Shown here one piece after another: positions 30,118-40,476 of a stretch of DNA of 64,000 bases. The notes beneath the pieces were generated by a model that was given only the letters and a program-made list of their open reading frames with translations, was not told the origin of the DNA and did not search any database. Positions within the stretch are counted from its first letter, which is position 1, and each line of letters opens with the position of its first letter. Source of the stretch: an uncultured Spirochaetota bacterium. GTDB lineage: Bacteria > Spirochaetota > Spirochaetia > SZUA-6 > Fen-1364. The position numbers and the translations under genes are program-made. Where the stretch lies: assembly GCA_963781885.1 (NCBI GenBank), contig CAWAHW010000002.1, positions 1,472,001-1,536,000 of the forward strand. Reading direction: 5' to 3'.

Positions 30118-31209
30118 ATGATGGTGAAAAGACTTTTCAGCCTGACGCTCTGCCTGCTTCTGCTCGGCGCGGGCCTTGCCGCGGCGTCGGGAAACAGCGA
30201 GCCGGCTGCCGCACCCGTGACATGGACAGTCGTGGCGGGCGCCGAAACAGTCATGGAGCAGACCGAGCACGGCGTGATGGGCGCGTGGCAGTTCGCCAAG
30301 TTCTACCCCGACGTCCTCACCATCCATGTCGGTGACACCGTGAAGTTCACTTTCCCCACGACAATGGGTCATAACGTTGTCTTCATGCCGGCCGGTCAAC
30401 GCGCGGCGGAGCAATTCATCCCGGACGCCGCCGACAAGACGCGCATGCTGGTCAATCCGCTGGCCCTCACGCCGACCGCAGACGGCACATTCGATGGGTC
30501 AGCGGCCGTCAGCTCCGGGGTGCTTGCCGGTATGGATGGCATGGCGAAGGATTTCTCCGTCACCTTCACGAAACAGGGCACGTTCGGCTACGTCTGCACG
30601 CTGCATTCCGCGGTCGTGCCCATCGTGGGACCGGTCGGGATGGTGGGCAAGATCATCGTGAAGGGAGCGGGCGGCGGGCTTCCCATGACGCCGGACCAGG
30701 TGATGGCAAAGGAATCGGCGGACATCACCAGCGATATTGCAAGCGCGCAGGCCGTTGACGCCGAAGCGCGGACCGTGGCACAGCGCCCCGGCCCGAACGG
30801 CACGACGATCTACACGGTCAATATCGGTTATGCGACAAAGACGGAAGGCGAGTTTCTCCGGTTCGGGGCAAGCGATCTCGGCATCAAGGTGGGAGATACG
30901 GTCGAATGGGTTCAGAAATCCGCCCAGGCGCCGCACACGGTGTCATTCTTCTCGGGAGGGACCGAGACGCCGGAGACCATCGATGACGGCGGCACGCAGT
31001 ACCAGAACCCCGCCGCGCTGGCCCCTGTCGGAGGGAAAACGTACGACGGAACGGGGGTCGTGAGCTCGGGCTTCCTCAACGGAACGAAAAACCCGGCGCC
31101 GGGACCACGAACGTACAGCCTCACCTTCACGGCCCCCGGTCATTTTGAATACATCTGCATCCCCCATGATGAAATGGGAATGATGGCGTACATTACCGTG
31201 ACACAGTAG
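30118..31209 (+). CDS. Secreted protein with two cupredoxin (type-1 copper) domains
   Basis: Signal peptide; domain 1 GDTV.F...HNV...CTLH-x11-M; domain 2 GDTVEW...HTV...CIPH-x4-M. Confidence 0.85.
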   Translation: MMVKRLFSLTLCLLLLGAGLAAASGNSEPAAAPVTWTVVAGAETVMEQTEHGVMGAWQFAKFYPDVLTIHVGDTVKFTFPTTMGHNVVFMPAGQRAAEQFIPDAADKTRMLVNPLALTPTADGTFDGSAAVSSGVLAGMDGMAKDFSVTFTKQGTFGYVCTLHSAVVPIVGPVGMVGKIIVKGAGGGLPMTPDQVMAKESADITSDIASAQAVDAEARTVAQRPGPNGTTIYTVNIGYATKTEGEFLRFGASDLGIKVGDTVEWVQKSAQAPHTVSFFSGGTETPETIDDGGTQYQNPAALAPVGGKTYDGTGVVSSGFLNGTKNPAPGPRTYSLTFTAPGHFEYICIPHDEMGMMAYITVTQ

Positions 31210-31224
31210 ATTGGAGGCGGGCAG

Positions 31225-31809
31225 GTGAAAAGGAAAGTTGCGATCATTGGCAAGGGGCACGCGGGAAGCGCTCTGCAGGAGGGAGCTTCTCGCGCAGGCT
31301 ATGAAACGAAGATGGTGGGAAAGGGGCCGGGAGTGACCGAGGCCGCCGCCTGGGGTGACCTCATCATTCTTGCCGCTCCCTTCAGCGCGGTCGAATCCAT
31401 CATCGCGGAGATCGGATCGCTCGTCCGTGGAAAAACGGTGGTCGACGTGACAAATGTCCTGGGGCCCAACGGGCAGCTTGCGCTGGGATTCAGCACGAGC
31501 GGCGCGGAGCAGCTGCAGAAAAAGGCCCCCTCCGCGAAGATCGTGAAGGCATTCAACGCCGTTTTTTCGGCGAATATGGCAAGCGGAAAGATCGATGGCA
31601 CGCCGATTTCCTGTTTTGTTGCCGGGGATGACGCAGCCGCCAAGGCGGAGGTCATGACGCTCGCGCGCGACATCGGCTTCGAAGCGGTGGACGCCGGCCC
31701 TCTCACGGGAGCGCGGTGGCTGGAGGCGATGGGCTTCGGCATGATCCAGCTCGGCTATGTCGTGAACAAGGGCCTGGGCACGTCCATCGGCTTCGTGCTC
31801 AAGAAATAG
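31225..31809 (+). CDS. NADP oxidoreductase, F420-dependent/dinucleotide-binding family
   Basis: IIGKGHAG, DLIILA.P, GK.VVDVTN, SGAE..Q, VKAFN, AGDD..AK, DAGPL..AR.LE. Confidence 0.88.
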   Translation: MKRKVAIIGKGHAGSALQEGASRAGYETKMVGKGPGVTEAAAWGDLIILAAPFSAVESIIAEIGSLVRGKTVVDVTNVLGPNGQLALGFSTSGAEQLQKKAPSAKIVKAFNAVFSANMASGKIDGTPISCFVAGDDAAAKAEVMTLARDIGFEAVDAGPLTGARWLEAMGFGMIQLGYVVNKGLGTSIGFVLKK

Positions 31810-31881
31810 AGCCCTCCAGATCACGCCCCTCCCCGATTCTTCGTGGCGCGCGACCCGGGGTGCTTTTGCGTGCTATAGTGC

Positions 31882-34800
31882 GTGCAGAGCGCGCCGGAGA
31901 TGAGGCTGCACGGAGACGAAATCCCCCCTTCCTTTTTGCCTCCCGGTTGGCGGGATGCGTTGCGCATCGCGGGCAGCGCCGCCATTTATTTCCTTGCAAT
32001 TGCGCTTGTTTCCTTTAGCCCCGTCTCAAAGCAGGCTCTCGTCATGGCATGGCCCGCGGGCGGCATCGCACTTGCCGCTCTGCTCCTGAATCCGCCAAAG
32101 CTTCGTGTGGTCCTCGTACCCGCGCTTCTCCTGTTCGGCGCGGCGGCCGAAATCCTGGCCGGCAAGAGCGTCGTTTTCAGCCTGGGATTCATCGCAGTCA
32201 ATGTTCTTGAAACCGTCGGCTGCGCCTGGCTGATCTTGAGCGTCTGCGGGCCCGACACGCGCTTCGACAAGGTCCGGGACGTTGGCGCGCTCCTCCTGGC
32301 GGCGGTCGTGCTGAACGCCGCAACCGCGCTCCTCGGATCGGCTCTGTTCATTGGGACACCGGGAGCCTCCCTGTGGTCGGCCTGGAGGACATGGTGGATC
32401 CGCGATGCCCTGGGCATCCTCATTTTCACTCCCCTTGCGCTGGCCTGGTTGAAGCCCGACCCGTCGCGCCCCTCTGCCTTCACGTCGCGGCAGGCAATCG
32501 AGCTGGCGGTCTTTCTCATTCCCTGGGGCATCCTTGCATGGCTCTCATTCGGAAGTGGCATGGAAGATTCCTTCGTCCCGCAGCCGTACATCGTCGCAGC
32601 CTTGATCGCGCTGCCGGCCCTTCGTCTTGGACAACGGGGCGTGACGACCTCTCTCACTCTCCTCGCTGCCATTGTCTTTGCGCGGCTGGCGACCCGTCCC
32701 GATCTTGCCTTCCTGCAAGGTGAAGCCCTGCTCGATCGCCTCTTTCGGGCTCAGGCCTTCCTTGGCATCACTGCCATCGGCGGATTCCTCCTCTCCGCCA
32801 GCTACGGGGAAAACAAGAGGGCGCGTGACCGGCTGCATGAGTCGCAGGAAAAGCTCCTGCGGGCACAGCGGGTGGCCGGCGTCGGAAGCTGGGAATGGGA
32901 TTTGAAGACGGGCCTTGTGGAGTGGTCCGACGAAATGGGCAGGATGTTCGGGCTGGACGCCGGGATCACCGCCGGCAACATGAGGGAGGGCATGGAGAAG
33001 ACGGTGCATCCCGACGATCTTGCCATGGTGCAGAAAGCCAACCGCGACCTGCTCGATGGCAAAGCACCCATTCCCCTCACCTACCGCGTGGTCTGGCCCG
33101 ATGCGAGCGTGCACGTCATACGGGCGGAAACCGGAAGCCTGGTACGCGATTCCCGGGGCCTGCCCATTCACCTGTCCGGCATCGCCGTGGACGTCACCGC
33201 GCAGGAAAGGACGGCGGCGACGCAGGCCGGCACCATCGATCTTCTCAAAATCTGCAACGAGGCGCGCAGCGTCAAAGGCATGGTCAACGGCCTCGCGGCA
33301 TTCTTTCAAAAGATGACCGGTGTCGAAGGCGTGGGCATACGGCTTCGCGACGGGTCGGACTTCCCGTACTGCGCCACCAACGGCCTGCCGGAGGAATTCG
33401 TCAGGATGGAAAACTCGCTCTGCTCCATGGACGCGGAAGGGGTGCCCGTTCGGGACGCAAATGGCCTTCCCATCCTTGAGTGCATGTGCGGGAATGTCCT
33501 CACCGGCAAAGTGGATGCCGTGCTCCCTTTTTTCACGGCCCGCGGAAGCTTCTGGACAGGCAGCACGACGTCGCTGCTTGCCGGCACCACGGAATCGGAG
33601 CGGCAGGGTCGTACACGCAATCGCTGCAACGGCGCGGGCTTCGAAACGGTCGCTCTCATCCCGATACGCATGCGCGGGGAAATCGTCGGCCTTCTGCAGC
33701 TCACCGACCGGCGCGCGAACATGCTCGACAGGGCCCGGGTAAAAGACATCGAGGGATTCATCGACTACGTTGGGATCGCGCTCGCCAAACTGAAAGCGGA
33801 AGAGATGCTGCGGGACACGGAAAGACGCCTGCGGCTGACCATTGAAGGCGGGAATATCGGCACATGGCGGGTAGATCTCGAAAAAAGGATCGTCGAGCTC
33901 TCGGAGCGCGCCGCCGAGCTGCACGGGCTTGCACCGGGTCGGACCGTCAGCTTCGAAGCAGCGCACGCCGCCGTGCACCCGGACGACAACAAGCGCGTGG
34001 CAGAGGCAATCCTGCAGGCAGGCACTTCCCCGGAGCCTCTTGCGCTGGAATACCGCGTTCTGCGGCCGGACGGTGCAACGAGATGGCTGTCGATCCGCGC
34101 GGGCCAGTTCACCGATGAGGGAACCCGCCAGATATTCGGAATTGCCATCGACATCACCGACCGCAGGCATGCTGAGGAGGAGCGCCGCGATTTCGACCGC
34201 CGCATGCTGGTCGCGCAGAAGGTGGAGAGTCTCGGCATCCTCGCCGGCGGCGTCGCGCACAATTTCAACAACCTCCTTTCCGTCATGCTCGGCTACGCGG
34301 AGCTCCTCCAGAGCAAGCTCCCCGCCGAGCTTGGATTCTCAAATGCGGTGGCGGAGATCATCAAGGCCGCGCGCAAATCGCGCGAGCTCACGGGGCAGCT
34401 CCTCTCGATGGCGCGCCAGCAGCTGGTCACGCTCACGCCGGTGGACCTGAACGAGATCATCAACGAGGCGCGATCCCTGCTGCGGCACGCGGTCCGTGAG
34501 AATGTCGCAATCGAGATGAAACTGTCCCCGACCCTGGGTCCCATCCTCGCCGACCCGGGCCGCGTCACACAGGTCCTCGTCAACCTGTCGATGAACGCGC
34601 AGGACGCGATGCCCACCGGTGGCACCCTGACGCTGGAAACCATGGAAACGATCCGGGAACGGACCGGGCGCGACCCACGCGGGCAGCCTGCCCTCGGGGA
34701 CATACACCTGCCTGCGCGTGACCGACACCGGCCAGGGGATGAGCGTGGAAACCCTTGGGAAGATTTTCGATCCGTTTTTCACGACGAAAGAACAGGGAAA

Positions 34801-35341
34801 GGGAACCGGGCTCGGGCTTTCAACCGTTTATGGCATCATGACGCAGCATGGCGGCGGTATCGACGTGGCAAGCACGCCGGGCGAGGGGACTTCCTTCATG
34901 CTGTATTTCCCGCTGGCTTCCGCGGCGTCGAAAACGGCCCCGGTCCGGGAGACGGCGCGGCCTGAAAGGCCGTCAGAGACGGTTCTTGTCGTGGAGGACC
35001 AGCTTGAGATCAGGACCCTTCTCCAGCTCGTGCTGCAGGAGGATGGATTCCTGGTGCTCGATGCGCCTGACGGAGAATCCGCCCTCAGCCGCGCCGCCTT
35101 GCACGACGGCCCCATACAGCTCCTGCTCACGGACGTGATCCTCGAGGGCATGAACGGACACGAGCTTTACAAGCGCCTTGCGGCGCAAAGGCCCGACACG
35201 AAGGTTCTCTACATGTCCGGCTACCCGAACGACGTGATCGAGGAGCAGGGGCTGTCGTTCGCCGCGATGGATATCCTCCAGAAGCCATTCACGCATACCG
35301 CGCTCCTGGAAAAGGTGCACGCCGTGCTGGACCGCGCGTGA
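31882..35341 (+). CDS. Hybrid histidine kinase: MASE1-PAS-GAF-PAS-HisKA-HATPase-REC; apparent frameshift at ~34680
   Basis: MASE1 (WPAGGIA, WW..DALG), PAS (GSWEW, HPDD), LAGGVAHNFNNLL H-box, NLSMNAQDAM N-box; after the shift DTGQGM, FDPFFTTK, GTGLGL and REC (VVED, LLTDV, MSGY, KPF). Confidence 0.88.
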
Positions 35342-35348
35342 CGCCGGC

Positions 35349-35792
35349 TCAGCCGTTGACCGACATCAGGCGTGCAAAACGGAACATCTGGACGGGATTG
35401 CGCGGGATGCCGGAAATCTTCACGGCGCCGCTCAGCATGTGACCCACAAGGGCGCGGCTGTCGGGATGCAGCGGACGCGGTATGCCGTTCACCACCTTCA
35501 GCATGCATAACGCCAGGAGAACGCCCGCGCTCGTGGTGATGCGGATGCGGGGCTGCCCGAAGATGCCGGGGTGGACCGTCAGGACGCCGCCGCCGAATGC
35601 AAGCGTGATGGAGACCTGCGCGTCAGTCACATCGATGAAAACCGTCGTCGCAAGCCGCTGGAAATCGGCATGCTTCCGCGGCTTCTGCTCGAGATTCTGC
35701 CGTATGAGATCGGCGAGCATTGTCGCCACGCCGATGTTCTCGGCGCCCGCGGCCAGCTCGATATTCTTTCCGTGCTCTGCGTCGTTGCTCAT
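35349..35792 (-). CDS. SCP2/sterol-carrier-like hypothetical protein
   Basis: Short alpha/beta protein ending ...LSGAVKISG; last gene of the ALDH-ADH operon. Confidence 0.55.
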   Translation of the reverse strand: MSNDAEHGKNIELAAGAENIGVATMLADLIRQNLEQKPRKHADFQRLATTVFIDVTDAQVSITLAFGGGVLTVHPGIFGQPRIRITTSAGVLLALCMLKVVNGIPRPLHPDSRALVGHMLSGAVKISGIPRNPVQMFRFARLMSVNG

Positions 35793-36971
35793 TCAGGCCG
35801 CGCCGACCCAGGCGGCTTTCAGGACGGAGAGCACGTCCGCGGGGTCCGCAACGGGTTTTGCGTTGTAGACGATGGAGCCGTCCGACATCGCCGCTTCCGC
35901 GCACGCGGCAAGATCCTCTTCCGGCACACCCGTCTCACGCAGGGAAAGGGGAAGCCCGAGCTCCCGCTGAAAGGCAATGACGTCGAGCGCCAGCTCCAGG
36001 CCGGCCGCCTCGTCGCTCATGCCGCGCACGTCGACGCCAAAAGCCTCGGCCACCAACCGGTGCCTGTCGGCGGCTGCGTCGTTGTTGAAACGAATGACGT
36101 ACGGCATTGCGATCGCGTTCAGGAGCCCGTGATGGACGCCGTGCCGGGCGCCGACGACGTGGGAGATCGCGTGCATGAGCCCGACCTGTGCGTTGGAGAA
36201 GGCCGCCCCGCCGAGGGTCGCGGCAATGAGCATCTGGCCGCGGGCCGCCACGTCCCCGCCATTTTTCATTACCGGCAGGAGGTTTTCATGCACAAGCCGT
36301 ATCGCATGCAGGCCCAGAGCGTCGGCAATCGGTTCCCGCTGGGCCGATGTGACGGCCTCCATGCCGTGGGAAAGGGCATCCAGACCGGTGGCCGCGGTGA
36401 TGGACGCGGGAAGCTGAAGGGTGAGCTGCGGGTCGAGGATGGCAACGTCGGGGATGATGTGATGGTCGGCAAAAAGCAGCTTGCGCCGGGCCTCATGATC
36501 CTTGATGACCGCCACGTAGGTGACCTCGGAGCCCGTGCCTGCCGTTGTCGGGATGCAGACGTGCGTGGTCTGCTTCCGCGTGAGAAGCTGGAAACCCTGG
36601 TAGTCGGAGAGCGCGCCGCCTTCCTTCAGGAGGATGGCGATTCCCTTTGCCGTGTCGATGACGCTGCCGCCGCCGATGCTGACGATGGAATCCGCTCCCC
36701 TGCCCCTGCCGTATTCGGCCGCCTTGTTGACGACGTGGACGCCGGAATCCGCCGGCACGTCGGCAAACACGCCCGCGCATTTTGCTCCAAGTGCGCGCGT
36801 CACCCGGGTCACGATGTCCGTCTTCTCCGCAAGGTGCCTGTCCGTGACGACCAGCGCCTTCTGCCCGCCCAGCCCGCCCAGCTCCACGCCGACGTCCGCG
36901 CACGAGCCCGCGCCAAAGACGACGCGGGTCGGAGCCGTGTAGAGAAACGAAAGATCCCCGGGGTATCCCAT
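35793..36971 (-). CDS. Iron-containing alcohol dehydrogenase
   Basis: GGGSVIDTAK, PTTAGTGSE, DALSHGME, HAISH, HHG metal ligands. Confidence 0.93.
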   Translation of the reverse strand: MGYPGDLSFLYTAPTRVVFGAGSCADVGVELGGLGGQKALVVTDRHLAEKTDIVTRVTRALGAKCAGVFADVPADSGVHVVNKAAEYGRGRGADSIVSIGGGSVIDTAKGIAILLKEGGALSDYQGFQLLTRKQTTHVCIPTTAGTGSEVTYVAVIKDHEARRKLLFADHHIIPDVAILDPQLTLQLPASITAATGLDALSHGMEAVTSAQREPIADALGLHAIRLVHENLLPVMKNGGDVAARGQMLIAATLGGAAFSNAQVGLMHAISHVVGARHGVHHGLLNAIAMPYVIRFNNDAAADRHRLVAEAFGVDVRGMSDEAAGLELALDVIAFQRELGLPLSLRETGVPEEDLAACAEAAMSDGSIVYNAKPVADPADVLSVLKAAWVGAA

Positions 36972-36978
36972 GGTCGCG

Positions 36979-37398
36979 CTACTCGTCCAGGAACCGCGTG
37001 TCGAGTGACGCGGCGGAATTGACCAGCGCCTGAGCCGATTTCACCTCGCGGACGATGGTGGGAAGGTCTCCCTTCAGCTTGAGCTTCCCCTGCAGCATGC
37101 CCTTGATCGGATCGAGCTCCTTGCGCAGCACCTGCTTCCAGCGCGCGTATTCGCCGGTGATGCAGAAGGGCGCCTTCAACGCCTCCTCCACCTTCACGAG
37201 CCTCGCCTCCCGGCAGACGCCCCGATCGAGGTCGAGCCATATCCCCACGTCCCCGGGGAACGCGGGTGCCTGCGCCTTGCAGATCAGCGCCACCACGCCG
37301 TGCGTCCAGTCCGCGGCGGCGCTTGCATACTCCGGACTTCCGTTGATGGCGTCCTTGTACTTGCGGATCCACTCGTCACTGAAAAACACGCTGCTCAT
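36979..37398 (-). CDS. SCP2 sterol-binding domain protein
   Basis: GGAG + MSSVFFSDEW...; LDPIKGMLQGKLKLKGD motif typical of SCP2. Confidence 0.82.
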   Translation of the reverse strand: MSSVFFSDEWIRKYKDAINGSPEYASAAADWTHGVVALICKAQAPAFPGDVGIWLDLDRGVCREARLVKVEEALKAPFCITGEYARWKQVLRKELDPIKGMLQGKLKLKGDLPTIVREVKSAQALVNSAASLDTRFLDE

Positions 37399-37409
37399 CT
37401 CACCCCCCC

Positions 37410-38909
37410 TCAGTCGTTCAAGACGTAGTCGTACCAGAACTTCTGCGCCCGCGTGAGCGCGAGGTCGACGTGGATATGCTTGACCTGCGTGAACTCCAGG
37501 AGACCGTGCGGCCCGAGCTCGCGGCCGACGCCGGACTGCTTGTACCCGCCAAAGGGGGCAAGCGCGTTCAGCAGGTGATAGTCGTTGATCCACACCGTGC
37601 CGGTCCTGATCCGGCGGGCGATGGAGATTGCCTTCGGGATGTCGCGGGAAAAGACCGCCCCGCCCAGGCCATAGATGCTGTCGTTCGCCATGGCGATGGC
37701 CTGGTTCACGTCGTTATAGCTGATGACGGAGAGCACGGGACCGAATATCTCCTCCTGGGCGATCACCGAGCCGTTTTCGACATGGTCGAAGATGGTCGGC
37801 TGGATGAACCAACCCTTTGCAAGGTGCGACGGCCGACCGCCTCCGCAGACCACGTACGCCCCTGCCTTTCTCCCCTTGTCGACATAGCCCAGTACCTTGT
37901 CAAACTGGGTCTTGTTGATCACGGGGCCCATTGAGGTGTCGAAATCGGCAGTATCCCCCACCTTGATGTGAGAGGCGCGATCCTTGAGGCGTTCTACAAA
38001 CTCGTCGTGCAGGGAGGAGGGAACGAAGCAGCGCGTGCCGGATTCACAGAGCTGGCCCGCGTGAAAAAAGGTCCCGAACAGGGCCCCGTCCACGGCGATC
38101 TCCATGTCCGCGTCGTCGCAGATAATGGTGGGGCTCTTCCCGCCCAGCTCCAAGGTGACCTTCTTGACCGTATCCGCGGCAAGCTTCATGACGTGCCGGC
38201 CCGTCTCCGTGGAGCCCGTCAGCGCCACCTTGTCCACCATGGGATTGGTGCAAAGCTCTTCCCCCACCGTTGCGCCGGGGCCGGGCACCACGTTCAGGAC
38301 GCCGTCCGGCAGCCCGCACTCCGCGGCGGTCCTGGCGATTTCAAGCGCCGTCAGGGGTGTGTCGGATGCCGGCTTGAGGACCAGTGAATTGCCCATGATG
38401 AGGGCCGGGGCGATCTTCCACACCGCCATCATGAAGGGCAGATTCCAGGGAATAATGCCGGCGCAGACGCCAATCGGCTCGCGCTGGACGAAATTCCAGG
38501 ATATGGCCGGCATGTCGATCCAGGGCAGCGGCTCATACGTGGGCATCTTTTCGCCAAGCTCGACGAGCGCTTTGAAATGCTCGATGCCGATCGGGATGTC
38601 CATCATGGAAGTCTTGCGTATGGTCGCCCCTGAGTCCCGCGACTCAATGCCCGCAAGCTCGTCCTGGCGCTCCTTCAGGCGCTCCACGACGCGCATGAGG
38701 AGCCGCGCGCGCGCTTTGACCTCCATGCCGCTCCAGATCCGTGAATCGAATGATTTTCGTGCGGCCTCGATGGCGCACCGCGCGTCTTCCCTGCCACCCA
38801 CGGCGACCTGCGCGATCGGCTCTTCGGTTGCGGGGTTGATGCTCGGCCGTGTTTCGCACGTGCTGGAATCGACGAATTTCCCGTCGATGTAGAGTTGGTA
38901 TTTTTCCAC
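37410..38909 (-). CDS. Aldehyde dehydrogenase
   Basis: IIPWN, KPA, TGS.ETG, LELGGKSP, GQLC, EEIFGPV, PFGGYKQSG.GRE. Confidence 0.96.
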   Translation of the reverse strand: MEKYQLYIDGKFVDSSTCETRPSINPATEEPIAQVAVGGREDARCAIEAARKSFDSRIWSGMEVKARARLLMRVVERLKERQDELAGIESRDSGATIRKTSMMDIPIGIEHFKALVELGEKMPTYEPLPWIDMPAISWNFVQREPIGVCAGIIPWNLPFMMAVWKIAPALIMGNSLVLKPASDTPLTALEIARTAAECGLPDGVLNVVPGPGATVGEELCTNPMVDKVALTGSTETGRHVMKLAADTVKKVTLELGGKSPTIICDDADMEIAVDGALFGTFFHAGQLCESGTRCFVPSSLHDEFVERLKDRASHIKVGDTADFDTSMGPVINKTQFDKVLGYVDKGRKAGAYVVCGGGRPSHLAKGWFIQPTIFDHVENGSVIAQEEIFGPVLSVISYNDVNQAIAMANDSIYGLGGAVFSRDIPKAISIARRIRTGTVWINDYHLLNALAPFGGYKQSGVGRELGPHGLLEFTQVKHIHVDLALTRAQKFWYDYVLND

Positions 38910-39045
38910 AACCCCTCCTCTGTAGCACTTTGCAGGCGATACCTTACCAGCAAATGTATAAAAGGGCTTAAGGCGAGACTATAACATAAGTTCTTTGCTC
39001 ATGAAAGAGAAATGTGGAGTTTTTAGAGGTAAGCTGAGAGGACGT

Positions 39046-39834
39046 TTAGGTGGTAAAGATATTGTTGATCTTCTGCTTATAGCTCAGAGGCGGCTCCGAC
39101 GAGAACTGGATGCTCAGCGCAACCAGGTCATCGTGGCCCTGCACGTCTTCCACCCGCACGATGCTGCCATCCAGGACCGTTTCATCCTTCAGCTCGCATC
39201 GGGCGAGCTTCAGCAGCACCTTCTTTTCACTCTGTGGCGTGACGACGGCGCTCAGGAGAATTTTTGCCCCTCCGAAGGATATGTCCCTCAGGATGCATCG
39301 CCGTGGGGCTCCCGCGATGGCGACGCAGCTCTCCTTTGATTCAAGCCCGATCTTCCGCATCACTTCCGGCGTCACGACGATCCGCTCATCCCGGCGGCGC
39401 AGCGCGTTGCCCTTGATTTCCAGGAGCGATCCCAGGGCGCCGATGAGGAGGTCCGAGGGACGCTGCGTGAAGACAAGGGTGATGAAGCGCACCTGCGGCT
39501 TCTGCGGGTGATACTCGGAGAGGCTTTCCGCTCGGCAGGCGACGAAAAACGTGACCGGCGCACGGTCGCCCTTCTCCACGAAACCGAGACGCAGCGAGGT
39601 CACGCTGTTGGCCCGGGAAAGCGTCTCCGTGATGGACGGGCTCACCTCCGCGATCACCCGGGCGCCCTTCATCGAGCAGGCGTAGAGAACGCAAGGCACG
39701 TGCTTCTCCCCGATCTTCAGGTGAACGTCTCCCGTGCTGAGCCCGCTTTCAAGGATGACTTGCGCGTTGAAAGTGACTTCTTTTTCTTGATATGTATTGT
39801 AAAGCTGTGATAGGTGCTGCGATGAAAGTGTCAC
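39046..39834 (-). CDS. plzA: Spirochaete PlzA-like c-di-GMP receptor (N-terminal PilZ-like + PilZ)
   Basis: RRRDER (RxxxR) and DISFGGA (DxSxxG); two-domain size as in spirochaete PlzA. Start chosen at GTG 39834. Confidence 0.75.
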   Translation of the reverse strand: MTLSSQHLSQLYNTYQEKEVTFNAQVILESGLSTGDVHLKIGEKHVPCVLYACSMKGARVIAEVSPSITETLSRANSVTSLRLGFVEKGDRAPVTFFVACRAESLSEYHPQKPQVRFITLVFTQRPSDLLIGALGSLLEIKGNALRRRDERIVVTPEVMRKIGLESKESCVAIAGAPRRCILRDISFGGAKILLSAVVTPQSEKKVLLKLARCELKDETVLDGSIVRVEDVQGHDDLVALSIQFSSEPPLSYKQKINNIFTT

Positions 39835-39932
39835 TATTACTGGCCCTCCCTCTGAAGCATCCGACAAAATACCCCCCTTCTGCCGATCCGTCAATATTGT
39901 CCAGGACCGCCAACGCTGTTACTATCTGATAC

Positions 39933-40442
39933 ATGGCCACAGTCATCGTGCTTGCGCTCCTCGCGGTAGGCCTGTACCTGGTTTTCTTTGTTTTCTTCCC
40001 CATCGGCAGGGGCGCCATCTATGACCCCAGCAGCAAGGCCGAAGCGGAAATCATGGCGGGGCTCGCGGACGTGCGCGAGGGAACGCGCGCGGCAGACCTC
40101 GGGTCGGGCGACGGCCGGGTGGTGATCGCCCTTGCGCGCCTTGGCGCGGACGCGCACGGCTATGAGATAAACCCGATCCTGGTGGCGGTCTCCCGCCGCA
40201 ATATCCGTCGCGAGGGCCTCAGCGGCAGGGCCCACATACACTGGGGGAATTTCTGGCGAAGGAGCCTCTCCCGCTACGAGCTGATCACCGTATTCCAGGT
40301 GGGATTCGTCATGGCGCGCCTGGAGGCGAAGCTGCGCAGGGAATTGGCCCCCGGCTCCGCCGTCGTCTCACACTACTGGCGATTTCCCGGACTGCGGCCC
40401 GAGCGCACGCAGGGCAACATCTACCGGTATCGCTTGGGGTAA
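39933..40442 (+). CDS. Class I SAM-dependent methyltransferase with an N-terminal TM helix
   Basis: DLGSGDGR, GYEINP, KL..EL.PG..VVS. Confidence 0.85.
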   Translation: MATVIVLALLAVGLYLVFFVFFPIGRGAIYDPSSKAEAEIMAGLADVREGTRAADLGSGDGRVVIALARLGADAHGYEINPILVAVSRRNIRREGLSGRAHIHWGNFWRRSLSRYELITVFQVGFVMARLEAKLRRELAPGSAVVSHYWRFPGLRPERTQGNIYRYRLG

Positions 40443-40445
40443 TGA

Positions 40446-40461
40446 GGCCGCAAGGGCGGCC
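40446..40461. terminator. Short hairpin between convergent genes
   Basis: GGCCGC-aagg-GCGGCC. Confidence 0.35.
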
Positions 40462-40476
40462 AGTCCTGGGAAACGG

